A DNA stretch of 59,399 nt, the filler included, from Bipalium vagum (lineage: Eukaryota), in NCBI GenBank assembly GCA_037834085.1. It is 3 parts of 3 records of this genome, joined end to end, with 100 filler letters (N's around TTAATTAATTAA, not from the genome) between each part and the next. Parts side by side here need not be neighbours in the genome. Positions count along the whole stretch, not along the records: positions 38,843 to 59,399 come from JBBMKC010250152.1; 2 more parts are not named here. The stretch is one strand, 5' to 3'. The notes under the pieces are model-generated. The model made no database searches. It saw nothing but the letters and a program-made list of their open reading frames with translations, and was not told where the DNA came from. Positions 41,017-52,775 of the stretch are shown here, piece by piece. The position numbers were made by a program, and so were the translations under genes. Numbering within the stretch: the first letter of the stretch is position 1; each line of letters begins with the position of its first letter.

Positions 41017-41989
41017 ACAATTAAATCTAATAATTGTAATAATTGGGTCTATAAATTAGAAGTCATTTTTGTAAATCATGAATATCTATTTTTACCAAAA
41101 AGTTTATCGATTCAAACTTTTGATGTAAAAATATTTCACTATATATTAAAATGAATGAAATAGACAAAAAATATTTTGAATTAAATTAAATTTTATATTT
41201 AAAGAATTTATATCCTGATATATTAGATTTTAAAATATCAAATTTACAAGATATTTATGATCATTTTCATAATAATATTAAGTATTTTATATTTACATAA
41301 GAAGAATAATATTTGATTTAAAAAACCAAAGATTTTATTAAAAATACAAAATTTTTATATTTATTAAAAAAATAAAAATATTTATTTTAAGCTTTATTTT
41401 AAAGGTTTTGCCTTAGGTTTCCATATTGAGCACATTATATAATTGTAATGTGTGTATTGTATGTTTAGTTAAATTTTTTTTTTCACAATGTTTAGATAAA
41501 AAAATTTAATTGGATGAATTTCGGCAGATGTACTACCAAGAGCATCTTTTGTTTAAATATTTTATTTTTAACATTTATGGTTAAGTTCATTTTAAATATT
41601 TATTGTTAAATTTATTAAGTTATATATTTATGTGAGATCACTCCTTAGATGTCCGGGACCGCACGCTCGCTACAATGGCAGTATCAACGAGTATTTTCAG
41701 GGAAAGTGGATTGAAATTTATTAAGTTAAATTTATATGAATGATAACGGTCCTCTTATGGGGCATGTATATATATGGATTGTTAAGAATTAAGTTAAATT
41801 TATTATAATAAGATTTATTTAGTTATATATTTATGTAAATGATAACGGTGATAACCACAGAATTAAGTAAAATTCATTTAAAATATTTAAAACAATTTTT
41901 ATATAATTTTTTTCCATTTGGTTTACTGATAAAGGAGTTTTAATGTTCCTAGATTTAAAATATAAGCATTAAATTATTTTTTAGTCCTT

Positions 41990-42460
41990 ACTTCTATAGA
42001 TATAATTAATATAGAGCGAGTGCCTTTAGAAATGATTCCCATATATTTGCTTTATGGATGCTTCTCCAAATACTTTTGAACAAATGTTCTTGTATGTGTT
42101 CGGAATTTCAATTCCTTGGTTTAATTGGCTTTTCAAAAGCATCCCAAATGCTCTCAATATTATCGGTATGGACACCAGTAATTGGATTTTTATATGAAAC
42201 CAAGTGATTGACAGTTTATGATTGTTCCATGTTTGACAGGTTTCGTAATTATATTTATTAATGTATCTGAAGAACGATCAGGTATTTTCATTTAGTATTT
42301 TTTTCTTCTGTAAGTTCTACACCACTGAGAACCCATGCTCCTTCAACAGAATGATCTCGGTGATATTTCTTTTTCCCATTTTGGTTTCATCGATTTCGAC
42401 GATGATATTGTTGAGGTTCGACTCCTATCTTATAATCTCTGTAAATAAGATTTCTAATCA
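41990..42460 (-). mobile_element. Merlin transposase C-terminal fragment
   Basis: IVEIDET..GKKKYHRDHSVEGAWVLSGVE and TVNHLVSYKNPITGVHTDNIESIW. Confidence 0.85.
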
Positions 42461-43009
42461 GTAGCATGTTATTCTAAAATTATCAAATTTAAATAACTTT
42501 TAATAAAATAAATTTTAAATAGTATCAACTACTGATTTTAGTCAGTAGCAATTCATAATAATTTAATTTTTAGAAATTTATTTCATTTTCGGTAATAATT
42601 AAATATAGAAGGTAAGTCATGATTGACAGCTTAACTGGCCAATCAGAGACGCTAAAATGATCAGTAAAATAATATATAATCCAGCAAAAATTCATTATTT
42701 TTCGCCCAGAAAATTATCTGGTATGAGTTTGATAATTTTTTTTTGCTGACCAGGGTTTACCCTGGCACAGCTTTTTAATTAAAGATTGGTGATTTGCAAC
42801 TGCCTGAGCAGTTTGTTTGTTTTTGTTTGACTGCCGATTGTTGCAGTTTTTTTGTTTATTAGAAGGTTTTATTAACAACGATCTCACCCTCATTAAATAA
42901 ATTTTTAGAGTGTTTTTTTGTGTTTCTTTTGAAAGGGTGAGGTTCGAGCTCAATAGTTAAGCTAATAGCAACCTTAGTAAGGTCAGATAAGCTAAGGGGT
43001 AGCTTTGCG

Positions 43010-43290
43010 CCAACAATATCTTCGCCTCCAAAAGCGGTATCTTCATATTCTTATAAATTTGAGACCACATCACGAAAGATTTGCTGGAATGAGGTAACTG
43101 TTTCAGAACTGCACCTTCGAATATTGTGTCACTTTTTATTGAAATTGTTTTACGGCAATTGTCTTTTATTTCCGCATCTAAACCGCTTGTTATTCATCTC
43201 AATATTCAAAGGCTTGTTACATTTTGGGTATGCTTTACCCAGAGGCAATATGTTTTGATTTATCAGAAATTCTATTGACCTTTCTCCATT
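43010..43290 (-). mobile_element. Merlin transposase N-terminal fragment
   Basis: IEFLINQNIL..PKC...FRC...SIKSDTIFEG...FGGEDIV. Confidence 0.65.
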
Positions 43291-43299
43291 GACCCTCGT

Positions 43300-44130
43300 A
43301 CCTCTCCCTGTCTTTCTGTTATGCTTCAACTTTAACCAGGACTTTATCTCCAATCTTGAAATGCCTGTTACTTGGATACATTCTAGACATTGTCTTCTGA
43401 TTCCCTACCCACTTGTATCTCCGCATGTTTCTCCCGAAAACCATCAGCGTTGAGCTCGTTCCAATTATCTTATGTTAAGTAGCATTTAACATAAATTTTA
43501 GTTCCGACAGCATGATGCCCAACTTTCCTGTTTCGCTCCCTTCAATGAATGCGTTCAAACAATCCCTAATTGTTCGAAATTGTCTTTCGACCTTTCGACC
43601 TTTCGACCTCCATTTGTGTTATGGTGGTATGAACTTGAAAAGCATAACTTGATACCCATGGAAAGAGCCATTTGCAGTATTCTTTGTGACTCGAAAGATT
43701 TTTCGAAGTCAGTGAAACTTTCTTTAAAAGGTCCCCAGATGTCAATGTACATTTTTCTAAGGTTTCTAGAGCGGCACGTTTTATAGCTGATTCGTTTGTT
43801 TTTGTCATAATCACTGTTTTTTGATAAGATGAACATGATTTTGTCACATTGGCTACTATTTCCTCAAGTATACTATGTCGTATCCTTTTTTATGTATCTT
43901 AATGTCTTCTCGAAAGCGGCTAGCTTTAGGTGTTCATGTCTCTCCTTGACCCAATTCATTCTCTTCTCCCTTGGGATCCACACCTTTCCGGATGCTTTTG
44001 GGATCACACTATCCCGTGATTTATAGAAATTCTTGCTCCCTTTATCGATGCTAGATTGTGTTTCTCCTATCTCTTTGATGTCTTGTTGCCATTTGAATGC
44101 TCTGCAGCTGGTCACGGTTTTTAGCTGCCT
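43300..44130 (-). mobile_element. Ty3/Gypsy-type integrase remnant
   Basis: HEHL..CHHC-like region, YIDIWGP, GIKLCFSSSYHHNTNG..VER, ELKFMLNAT...VFGR. Confidence 0.8.
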
Positions 44131-44799
44131 TGTCTTAATTTTGCCTTCAAAATAATAGAAAAATGCTCAATTTTGTTGAGAGTAGTAAATGAGTCAAAAC
44201 TGGTGAACTTAACAGTATTAGAAGAAGTCACACCGGATTTAGTCGGCGGATAAAATCTCCAAATTGCTTCGACTTTTGATTCTTATTTACAAATGACTAC
44301 TCAAGAATATAACTAACCCTATGAGAAATTGGTATGAGGAAAAGTACACCTGCAGGGTTCGCTGGCTGACCTTTGGTACCTTATTCTTAGATTATCCTTA
44401 AAAGGCTTAAAAGATTTAGATTTTGGTTCAGGTGGTATCTGGATTGGCTCTGTATCAGTGATGTATGGTACAATGAGAGTTGATCTCTGTGATCACTATT
44501 TTACCCTCGTCCGCCACCTTGACCTCTCGTTTCTTCTCACCTTTTCCCTCTTATTTTTAGTTTTCGTGCTAGGCAAGATCTCCGTATTCTCTCTTTGCTC
44601 ATATCAGATTCGCAAGGACGCCTTAACGATTTGCCGAATTCTTGGTAGTTGCAATGGTCTTTTCTGGTATTGGCTACACTGCCTTTGATTTGTGCTTCGT
44701 TTTGGTCAGTCCCTGTTTCTTCGGTTCCTGATTCTTCTTCTTCTGCTAATTTAATTATTTAAATAAATAATTAAAAATATTCCCCAGGTTTGATTAGCT

Positions 44800-45250
44800 T
44801 CCTCATACGGACAATTCGTGATCTTATTGACGCGACACTCAAGCAAAGGAAGTAAACAGGTTGGACAGAGATTCTACAAGACGTTGAGTTTGTGATCAAC
44901 GCCCAAGTTTAAAATTCTACGTGGATAAGCCCGTAGAAAATTGATTTTGGCAGGAAAATCTTCAGGGAAAGGTGAATTTCAAGGATCGATTTGGAGATCA
45001 GAATGAGGAAAATAGAAACGAAACAAGATGCCCCCCCAATCTCAACGGCTAGAATCCAATTTTTTGTGGAAGACAATGTCTTGATAAAGCGGAGAACAGG
45101 AACAAGGAACAAGATCGATATATTGGACCATACAAAGTGATCAAGAAAAGTCAAGACAGAAGATATATTCATGGGATCCAGGAGATGTATAGATTTTAAA
45201 AAGTCTATGTACTTTGTTAGGAAGAAAATATGCCACAAAGCAGAACCCAA
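44800..45250 (+). mobile_element. Gypsy/Ginger-type integrase C-terminal remnant (copy 1)
   Basis: RTIRDLIDATLKQRK*TGWTEILQDVEFVINA...FGRK and GPYKVIKK (GPY/F motif). Confidence 0.75.
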
Positions 45251-45619
45251 AGAACAATGCGCTGACGAACCGATCCGTCCATGACGCAGATCAGAAATTT
45301 GAAAGGGAAACGGAACCGGATCAATTATTTTTAATTTTAATCTAAATTTATGAAGATAAATTTATTTAATAAATTTAAAACGGTTATGAATAAAATTTAT
45401 TTCAATCTCCATAGCAGCGCGACCCCTGGTCACAAATATTTTATATTGTGAAAGTAAATTTATAAACAATTTATTATAATAGAATTATTTCCGGTCGAAA
45501 GATTTCGGTCGCTCTCATGATGCACATGTAAACCTTTCGGGTCGAAGGGTTCTTTCAGATAACCAATATGTATCAATTAACATTAAAAATAGAATCGATA
45601 AATCTTCATAATCGATGAA

Positions 45620-45692
<73 letters not shown>

Positions 45693-46147
45693 TCGGAATG
45701 GTCAAAGGTTGAAATCGTTGAAGTTTTTTAATGAAAGATCGCAAAGTTAAATTATCCAAAGTATCAAAAAGGTTTAAAATCATTAACATCAATAAAAGGG
45801 TAAAAGAATTCACTGATTCTGTGTTGTGTTTGTTTGAATGATCGTCATTTGAATGGCAAATCTGGAAAATAACATAACAATGCCTTCATTCTATTAGTGG
45901 TCTTTGGCTGTCACTTTTTGTCTTCGGCGCTCCTATGGAAAAGAAAAGGATAAAAAATGACGTTGGACAGAAATCAATTGGAGATAAGAAATAACCTTTC
46001 TTCATCGTTTGCATCAAATATTTCCGAAGAATTCGTCGACTTCTCCAAAGGTTTGTGTGAGTCTTTCATTTCAATGTATACATGGATGACGTTACCATTC
46101 TCCTTTTCCAAGAAATTATTTGCAAGATCTGATTTATTATAATTTAT

Positions 46148-46178
<31 letters not shown>

Positions 46179-47298
46179 TTATTATTAACTCAGATAAAAC
46201 TCACTAACTTTTCTCCGTTTTTTCCAATTCTGCCCACGGGTTAGAGTCTTTCGAAGCTTGCATTGATTTCGGTAGTCTATCGTTGAAAGGGAGGTCTGTC
46301 GGTTCTCCTCCCTTTCCTTCTGCCAAGCCAGGATATTCCCCATATTCAAAAGCTGACAGAAAAACAAAATTTAAATATCGACCTAATTTTTCGTTCCAAA
46401 GAAACAAATTACCGCGTCCGTCTCCCTCAGGTATTCCTCTTTTTGCTTTTCGTATCGCCATCCTGTACGCGAGAGCACTGACCAATACGCAACCTTAATC
46501 GGTCAACCAATCAGATCAAAGAATAATACAAACAAAATCAACGATACCCAAAAACACAATCGGGATCAAAATCCAAACAGAATCGACGATACCCAATGAC
46601 CGAATATCCTTTGACCTCGGCATGGAAGACTCATTGTCATCGCGACACTCCTCCTCGCTGATCTCATTCAATCTTAGCTCCATCTTAACGACGGTCACGT
46701 TGTCCTTCACACCTCGGTTGTTGTACACCAAGTGGGCCTTGACGAATCCGTCGAACTGCTTCGTTGTGGGTCTGATTTGACCTCCACAAGTCGTCGACAG
46801 CTGAATCGAGAGAAACATCGTCATAAACGAATATCGATATAAAGATTCACATTTCTTTCCTGGTCCCACGAATTGATTTTGATGTCTATTTCGAAAAACG
46901 GACATCGTCGAGTCGATATCTTCTGTTCCATCAACGAAATCCGTTCGATGGACAACAGCAAACGAGAATTGTTAGTTACAGTGCTGAAACTCAAAAGGCA
47001 GTCCAAAGGTTCCGTCAACGGTGGCAGCAGGATGATCTTAAAAAGGCATTTGGAGTGTAGCTCAACTCTGTCTTTGCAATTGTTCTTTGTGATTTCTAAA
47101 AGTGAATTCAAAAGGACTGAAGACTCTAAACTTCCCCCAACCTACAGCCACCAGTGCCCCAAACAGAAGAGAAAATAAAATGTAACTCATTTTAATGATC
47201 ATTTTTAAGAACCGCCTTTGTACAAAATAATAAATTAAATTATTTAAGAACCGCTCTACGCGAATAATTTTAAATTGGATTATTTAAACAAAACCCGA
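44820..47298. repeat. ~2.5-kb duplicated segment, copy 1 (direct repeat with 55479-57909)
   Basis: Shared start GATCTTATTGACGCGACA and end GGATTATTTAAACAAAACCCGA; collinear throughout. Confidence 0.95.
45911..47190 (-). CDS. Unknown type I single-pass membrane protein, paralog A (7 exons, ~308 aa)
   Basis: Exons 47190-47142, 47095-46851, 46800-46548, 46493-46413, 46352-46209, 46128-45996, 45932-45911, all GT-AG and phase-compatible. Signal peptide MSYILFSLLFGALVAV, 6-Cys ectodomain, TM VWILIPIVFLGCVLVSALAY followed by RMAIRKAKR. Confidence 0.75.
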
Positions 47299-47443
47299 TT
47301 TTAAAAATTTTAAAAATTATTTCATTCGCAGTTTTTAACTTTGCTAAGTTTGTTCAGAAATTAAAATTGAAACATTCCATATTTCCGACCATTCTCTGAT
47401 AAAAAGGTATGAGAACAGCACTTGAGAAACAAACTTCAAATTA

Positions 47444-49056
47444 GAGTCAAATCTCGTTACTATGCCACTCCGCTATTATGCCACTTTTCTACGTTCCCGA
47501 CAAAATTTACTACAAAATAAATTTATTATGCCACCCCTAACCCTCGCTACTATGCCACCATTAAATAATGATGATGTTATGTAATTTTTTAATTTAAATT
47601 ATATTTTACTACTAAAAATGTGCATATCAGTCATTGCTTTGTCTAATTATGCATTTTTCAAAAACCATTCAAAAATAAACTCCGCAGTTAACTGATTAAT
47701 TCAATTATTTTTATTCATTTTTTTAAAATTTAATTCATTTTTTTCAATTTTTTTTAAATTCAGCCCATCATGTCAACTGAAAAGCGCAAACGAATTGAAT
47801 TTTCGTTGAAGCAAAAGAAGGAAATTATTGATGCTGCGAAGAAGGAGCCGAATACGTCCAAGCTAGCCAGAGAGATGAACAAGGAGTTGAAGTCAAGAGA
47901 ACTACAGTAAAAGACATTCTCAACAAGAAGGATTGTATTGAGTCTGCCGTAAATGCTGGAGTTCCATCGAAACGAGTAAAGCTGACACAGGGTCACAACC
48001 CAAATCTTGACAAAGGGGTATTCATGTGGTTGAAGCAGACAAGAGGAGCAAATCTGCCTGTCAGCGGAGATCTTATCAAGGAAAAGGCTGTGAAAATGGC
48101 CGAGTTGATGCACATCCAAATTTTTATGGCAAGTGACGGTTGACTAGATAACTTTAAGAAGAGCTACGGCATTGTGTTTAAGACAGTACAGGGCGAAGTT
48201 GGAGCAGTAAATTCACAATCTTTTCTTGAGTGGCAACAACAGGTTCTCCAGTCTTTACTCATAAAGTAAAGCGCAAACGACGTCTTCAACCTAGACGAGA
48301 CAAGATATCTCTGGCAGCTTCTTCCAAATAAGACCATCTCTTTCAGGGATTTTTAAGAAATTGAGAGGGAATTATAGAGATTCTCAAACGTAACTACAAA
48401 AAGCTTTTGCTGTGTCGTCGACTTGAAGCAATGGATGAAGGAAAGGAATTTAAGTTTACATTGCTTGATGCTCTATATGCCATTCGACGTGCTTGGGAGC
48501 AAGTCACCGAATTGGCAATTAGGAACTGTTTTGCAAAGGCCAAGTTCTGTAAAGCAGAAATCCAAACTGAGCCAGAGGATACTGAGCTGCTCGAGATTTG
48601 GGAGTCTCTGCCGGCAGAAAACGAAGAAATTGAGCTGTTGGATTTTCTTAATGCTGACGAGCGCCTGGCGACTGTTGGATCATTTACGTTAGAAGAGATT
48701 GCGGAGGAGGTGCTGTGCAGTGAGGAACGGGTGGAAGACAAAGATAATAAAGTAATAACTGTCGAGGAGGAAGTTATTCCTTTCGGGGAAGCCCAGCGCG
48801 CATGGATTATTGTTCGAAAGTTTATAAAATAGAACAGCGGTAAAACTGATGTTATGTTAGGTTGCGATAGGTTAAATAACGAGATAAATAGAATCCGCCT
48901 AAAGAAAATGCGTCAGCCGACGATTTTTGAAGTCTTTGGATTAGCTGATATTAACTTTAAAAAATAAAGTATTTTTTTACAAACCCTCGCAACTATGCCA
49001 CTCTATGCTACTTTTTTCTTGGTCCCGACGGGTGGCATAGTAACGAGATATTACTG
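47444..49056 (+). mobile_element. pogo/Tigger (CENP-B-type) DNA transposon, internally deleted
   Basis: TA-flanked TIRs (c/g)AGT..ATCTCGTTACTATGCCAC with subterminal copies; ORF from 47770 MSTEKRKRIEFSLKQKKEII...FMASDG*LDNFK...VFNLDET...AWEQVTELAIRNCF. Confidence 0.92.
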
Positions 49057-49394
49057 TATTATTAAAAATCAGGCGATTATATTTAATTGCATAAATATGT
49101 TGGGTTAGCCAAGGACACATTCCTGTAAACCCTTGTAAAAGTTTATCTTAGAGTCCGCAATATGGTCGAGAATAGTGATTATTATTACACATCTGTAACA
49201 AATTTAATTTTTCTTTTCCCTCATAATTTTTTAACTTTATTCAGTTACGCATGTTATAATAGGAAGGGTGACAAAGTTTAACAGAGATCGGTCGAACCGT
49301 TTTAGACTTACATCGCTTTTAACAAAATATAAAAATGTCACAAAACTAGTAATACTTTATTACGAAACAGTATATTAACCAAAGAAAGAGGTGT

Positions 49395-49755
49395 TTCTTT
49401 GGAGTGACCATATCTAATGGGCCATCATTTCATTTGACCGACTGTCATCAAAACGATTTTCATAGAGTGCAGGTTTTATAAAGCCTTTCGCCGTGTTCAT
49501 CGGAAAATCTCCTAAGGTGACGCCCAAATTCCTTCCTATGCTTGAAAAGAAATGCATTTTATTGCTAACATGTTCACAACTCAAAACTGCCAAGCTATCG
49601 ATTAAATCATCTATCCTTTGTTCCCAGTTTTCACTCACTTCCTTACCTAACACAACTTTGACTACCAAGCAAAAGTTTTCGCAGACCATAAACTGACAAG
49701 GTGTCATACTAGCAGAGAAATTGGAGTCATTAATGAGACGACGAATTTCTGGTCA
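49395..49755 (-). mobile_element. Chapaev3-like (CMC) transposase C-terminal fragment
   Basis: PEIRRLINDSNF...VLG...SNKMHF...NLGDFSDEHGER...YENRF...MMAH*IW. Confidence 0.7.
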
Positions 49756-50131
49756 TTTTAAGTCATAAAAATATCAAAATATCACTAAAAAAAAATAATT
49801 GTACTGGGACAAATATATATATTTTGCTATTGTTTTTTCTAGTTTTTATTTTTTAAAAATATTTACAGGGACCAATATATATTTTTTTTAGTTCAAAAAA
49901 TCACTAAAAATTCACTGAAAAATGGTTGAAAATGGTATTGCGAAATTTCTGATAAATTTACTAATAAAAAAATAAAAGTCATTATGAAGATACAGAAATA
50001 CATGAAAAAAATATTCAACGATTTCAACGAAAAAACAACGACTTAAAAAATAAAGCAACGACTGAAAAACAGCGATTAAAAATAACGTCATCAACGAAAA
50101 AAAATAGCGTCCAGTTTTTTTTCCCAAAGTT

Positions 50132-51295
50132 GGTGGTCACATTCAATCAGCTATAACAAATAATAAATTTTTAAGCAAATTTTCCACAGGAAAATACCTA
50201 GGTGAATTACATTTAAAATCTTTGACTCCTTTATATAAAACAAATCCAGTTTCAAATTTTTGTGGATCTGGAACTCATGTTGATTAAGTCAAGTTCAAAA
50301 TCAAACTCCAAAAGAAAAATTTGAAAGAGCAATAGTAAAATTAATTATGAAGAGCCAGGTCGCTTTAGGATTAGGATTAGGAAGATCTTCAAAGTTGCTC
50401 GCAAATGAAACATTATTTAAAAACTCAAAACTTTTAAATCCAGAAAAATCAAAAATACTTGCAAATGAGCTGCATAAAGAATTTAGAAAACAAAAACTTT
50501 TTAAAAGGTAAAGTTAATAACAAAGATGATATTTGGTCTGCAGATTTAACATTTGTCCCAGGAGAAAGAGATTATAAAATAATTCTAACATTTATTGATT
50601 TATATACTCATTTTGCTGTTCCTTTAAAAACTTAAACAGGTCAAAAAATGATAGATACATTTGATAAAATATTTGAAGATTCTAATAGAGTTCCAGAAAA
50701 ATTTTGGGTTAATAAAGGTTCTGAATTTTACAATAAAACTTTTGAAGGTTTTTGTGATGATAGTGAAGTAGAATTCTATTCAACAGAGAATGAAGGAAAA
50801 GAAGTTGCCATTGAAAGATTTAATAAAACTCTAAAAAATTTAATGTTTCAAAAATTTACGGAACAGGAAACAGAAAATGGTTTCATATTTTACCAAATTT
50901 AATTAATTTCTATAACATTAATATTCATAGTTCATTCGGTATTTCGCCAAAAGAAGCAAGTAAAGATCCAGCACAGCTGTCAAGGTCTTCGACTAGTCCA
51001 ACGAAGTTGGCTTAGCCTACGGCTAGTCCAAAAAAGTTAAAGATTCAAAAAGATGACAACGAAAATCTTAATCCTGTAATTGCTAAACCAAAATACCATA
51101 TTGGAGATCATGTGAGAATTTTTAAATATATAAGAATAAATTCGAAAAAGGATATACAGCTAGATGAACAACTGATTTTTTTATTATAAATGAAATTTAT
51201 TTCACAAATCCAATTGTTTACGGTATTATTGATTTAAATGTGGGAAAATATTGGCTAGATGTTACGATTTTGAGCTTCACAGAAGCACTCTATGA
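50132..51295 (+). pseudogene. Polinton PLA2X (parvovirus-like PLA2) fused to rve integrase
   Basis: GELHL...NFCGSGTH and EK..AIVKLIMKSQVALGLG read in frame into LANELHKEFRK; then IWSADL, FWVNKGSEFYN, IERFNKTLK, KYHIGDHVRI, FEKGYT. Confidence 0.9.
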
Positions 51296-51796
51296 GATGT
51301 AATCGGAGACAAACCTCTACTTTAAAATTTAAATATTTTATTTTTTAAAAATTATTAATTACATCATCATGGTAGACGTTCATTATCAAATTTTATTTCT
51401 CAATGTCTTTCATTTCCTGGCCAGCCCGTTTGGCAGTGTGCATGGTACCACGGCTGCGTTGTAGTTGTCAGATATTCGAATCTTCACTTGTCTTCTATTT
51501 CCTTCTCTTTCTTAAAAGACTATTTAAGCCCGCCGGTTACATCAGGGAGAGGCAATTTCGCATTTTGGTTTCCAGTTCGGTCTTGAATAAAGGAAAGTGA
51601 AAAGGGAAGAGAAGTTAAAAAAAAGTTTTTTAATAAAAAAAAAGAAATGATAGCACTGAAAAGGATGGTGGTTGGAACTGCTTGATGGAGAAAAGGAGAT
51701 GTAAGAGTTGATAAAGACAGACCACCATCCAAGCCATCAAAGAGTTTTGTCATTTTTATAAATATTAATGAAAAAAAGTAAATTTATTTTTAAAAA

Positions 51797-52140
51797 ATGA
51801 ATAAGAAAATCACAAATGAAAAATTCAAAAATATTATCGAAATAGGCAAACCTAAATATATAACATTTAATGGAGAAAAATACTACGTCTCCAAGTGGAA
51901 AATCTCAGCGAAGCTGGCAAGACCGAGGTCGAATTAAAATCTAAAGAGGAACAAAAATCTGGAGCTGGACTTTTCTTCAATCCTTGTTTTGGTAAAATAT
52001 TAAGAGATTCAATTTTAAATAGTTCTGAGGGAAAATGTTTAAAGAGATTAAAAGAAATAAAAGCAAAAGCTTTGTAAAAATAAATTAAAATAACTAAACA
52101 AGGACCTGGCCTATTTTTTGATCCTTACAAGAAAAGTAAA
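51797..52140 (+). pseudogene. Polinton small basic protein with GxGLF repeats (putative core protein)
   Basis: A-rich ATG context; SGAGLFFNP and QGPGLFFDPYKK motifs. Confidence 0.5.
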
Positions 52141-52275
52141 TAAACACACATAAATGCTAGTGCCGAAGAGTCTTTTATTCAATTCAAAATTTTCCAACAA
52201 TATTTTTTTCCCATTAAAATTTTTTCTCATATAAAAATTTCTAACAATTTTTTTTCCAATTTTATTTTTAAAAAA

Positions 52276-52727
52276 ATGGCAGAAAGAATAGTGGAATTCT
52301 TTTGTAAATATGGTATAAATACAACAATAACATTTGATTTAATTAATATTGCAACAGATTTAGATATGCCTCTATAAGTTTTGATGAAAGATGACGAAAT
52401 TACATTAAAACATATTACAATGATATTCCACGTAATTCTGATATTCCTTTAATAATTGAATATGAAAATTTGAAAGAAGAAGGAATCCATTGGATTGGAT
52501 ATTAAAATTGTGCTTATTTTAACTCTTATGGTTTACCTCCTTCTTCAAGTATGTTACTTGAAAGTACAGAAGTATATGAACGAACTATAATATTCAATAA
52601 ATTAAATTTTCAAAGTGAAATGGATTTGTTGTATAGTGGACAATTAACTTTATATGTTATACAAGATGGGAAATTTATAGAAATTTTAGAAGAGTTACAA
52701 AATGTTATCTTAGAAAAATTAAAATAA
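52276..52727 (+). pseudogene. adenain-like cysteine protease, copy 1
   Basis: GIHWIGY*NCAYFNSYGLPP...FQSEMDLLYSG (Asp site reads Asn, Cys site reads Ser). Confidence 0.75.
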
Positions 52728-52775
52728 TTTAAAATTGAAAGAATTAAAATTTTAAAAATTAAATTTTATAAAAAA

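Noticed and set aside
41600-41870. CRISPR-like repeat-spacer array
   Set aside because: Eukaryotic context, degenerate low-complexity repeats, irregular spacing and no cas genes.
46815-46830. ATGA stop/start overlap conserved in both duplicated copies, suggesting viral termination-reinitiation
   Set aside because: It lies inside a GT-AG interval (50/62 nt) whose removal gives one continuous signal-ectodomain-TM ORF; splicing is more parsimonious.
46873-47178. Plus-strand ORFs conserved between the copies (also 57525-57797)
   Set aside because: Antisense shadows of the minus-strand exons.
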